From Octopus bimaculoides (Eukaryota): DNA of 64,000 bases. Position numbers and translations under genes: made by a program. The notes below the pieces were generated by a model. That model searched no databases. It saw only the letters and a list, made by a program, of their open reading frames with translations, and had not been told where the DNA came from. The DNA is taken from positions 83,890,342 through 83,954,341 of the forward strand of contig NC_068984.1 of NCBI RefSeq assembly GCF_001194135.2, in the 5' to 3' direction. Shown here piece after piece: positions 61,896 through 64,000 of this stretch (position 1 is its first letter; each line of letters begins with the position of its first letter).

Positions 61896-64000
61896 AACTG
61901 TGTTGAAGATAAGTGTTTCTCAAGGAAAATCAGTAGAAACATTTTAAATTTGTGTAATGAACAAGAATTTTAAATTCTGAAACAGTTCATGAGTAAAGGA
62001 GTGTGTTACAACTTGATTTTCTTTTGAATTAATAACATTTGTACTTCATTTGTATACATCTACTCCAGTTTCTGATTTTTATGGCTTAACATGAATAAGG
62101 TCTTCATTAACTGAGTAGAAATCAAAGAACCCTTTTAATGATAAAATAATTTCTCTATTGAGGGACCACAATAGCTCCAGATTCAGTAGTTTCAAGTAGA
62201 TGAATAATTAATCTTCTACTGTGGAGAATGTCAGAGACATCATTCCCATTCTTGGTGATTAAGCGAATTAAAGCACTGTACACTTAGGTCTCTTGCTCAG
62301 AGACACATGAAAACACCAACTGTGAAACCCTTAACAAATGAAGTTATAATCATTTACCTTTATATCTTACATGTAAGATTAGACAAGGGATTTTTACAGT
62401 AATTATATTGATACTGATAACAGTTAAAATGCTCAAATCGATACTCAATAGAAAATCTTCATTTAAAGCATATCAAATTCTAATTGAATTGACACACCAA
62501 ACATTAAGGACAGATACTGCCTTATATTTGACAGCTGTGTTTGAAATATCAACAGTTCAATATTGCAATAACCAATGAAGTTCACTTAACAATAACGTTG
62601 TCACTTTGTCACACTCAAACATATCCTATACTAATGATTATCAAATAAATTTCATGTTAAAATAAAGCCAACAGACTACACACATATTTATCTAAAAACA
62701 ATGGTTACCTGATATTTGAATTTTGATTTAAACTGAAACTTGTGCAAAAAATAACAATACTAACAGATAAGGATTATTTTGATATTAAATATTTATTTCA
62801 TATATAAGCAGAAAGTCTGAGATTTACAGTGGAGGGGAAATGAGATGCAATATTTATGCTTAAGCCCTGTAAATGAAGTGATTATAAAGGTTGCCAGTCC
62901 GGTTTACCAGGAGTTTACCTCAACCTATGGTAATATCAACTTTGTAATATATATATATTAAAAAAAAATTTAGCATTCAAGGTTGCTTCTATATTTATGC
63001 AATTAAAGTGCTCAACAAATTGCGAATGACATTTTTAAATCCTAAATTGTAAGATATCATACAGTAGATAAGACCAGATATAATGTTAATCATATGAGGC
63101 TCAGCCATAACATATCACATATATTAATATCTTTAAATTCTGGGAACTAGATGTATTGACTGCCTTGCTCTGGGTAACAGGTCTGTTTAAGCAGAACAAA
63201 CCAAAATTATTCAACATACGAAAAAAAAAAATTCTAATAAACTTTGTTGTATATGTGAACATGAATAATTTAGAAAGATAATTACTATAAAAGTAACTTA
63301 TATAATGAAACAGTTAAATTTCAGAAACATTTTCTTTAATTGAACCAACTAAATAAATATGCATGCATTTTTATAATAAAAACAGGCACAATATTAGTTA
63401 TGCACGTGCTGAACCATACATACTCTGAGCATCACTTATTGAATGATATACTATGTTTTTTTTTGTTTTATTTAACCATTATTTGAATGAGTGTTACCAC
63501 GATCAATCAATGTTACATGACAAAATATTTTCAATGTAGATAGAAACCATGAAAAATAATGTTGCACACAACTACTTAATATAAAATCAAGTCTGACACG
63601 CCATTCACGAGGACTTAAAAGCACCACTAATAAAGAACATCTAAACACAAGAAGTTTTTTTTTTATCAATAAACTGAATAAAATAGATAACCTTATATAG
63701 ATAAATTAATTTCAGCTTTATCTACAAGGTTGTTTCAATAAAAGTATCACAGAGGCACTAAATAATAACAGACTTCTCTATGTTAATAGAATAAATGGCT
63801 TTGAAAACAAGTTATTCACTTGAGAAATAAGAGTTGTGACACTAAGCATCTAATGCCTTGCTCAAAAATTAGTTACTCCACTGCAACATATAGTATCTTT
63901 TTCCAAGAGACAGAAAAAGCCTCTAACAATTCACTAATTCAACAACTGCAGACACTATCAGTAAAATTCCCAAAATACAAGCACTAAACACAAATTAGTG

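Noticed and set aside
1-64000. Prokaryotic features (operons, CRISPR arrays, rRNA, defence systems)
   Set aside because: None seen; the window is spliceosomal-intron-containing animal DNA.

Overview
AT-rich, intron-rich animal DNA from a draft assembly with four N gaps. The SINE and MITE families look like those of octopod cephalopods (recognised from memory, not searched). One protein-coding gene dominates the window: a minus-strand RFX1/2/3-type (daf-19/Rfx-like) winged-helix transcription factor. I reconstructed it by hand as 15 coding exons from ATG 58197 to TGA 15516. All introns are GT-AG with matching phases, giving 2496 nt and 831 aa (828 aa with an alternative donor). It has an N-terminal polyQ region, the RFX DNA-binding domain, B/C/dimerisation domains and a C-terminal KRMKTE motif. 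The rest is intron and downstream DNA containing a Ty3/Gypsy RT fragment, RTE and CR1/L2-like LINE fragments, many tRNA-derived SINEs, TTAA-flanked MITEs, an internally deleted mariner, a Tc1-like remnant and microsatellites. No prokaryotic-type or wholly new system is evident. The most interesting signal is a possible hidden isoform architecture of this RFX gene. Candidates are a frame-preserving 27-nt microexon with a UGC motif, an internal first exon giving a short polyQ-less isoform, a duplicated splice donor producing poison products, tandem in-frame donors, uORFs and alternative last exons. All of these are sequence-based predictions that need RNA-seq.
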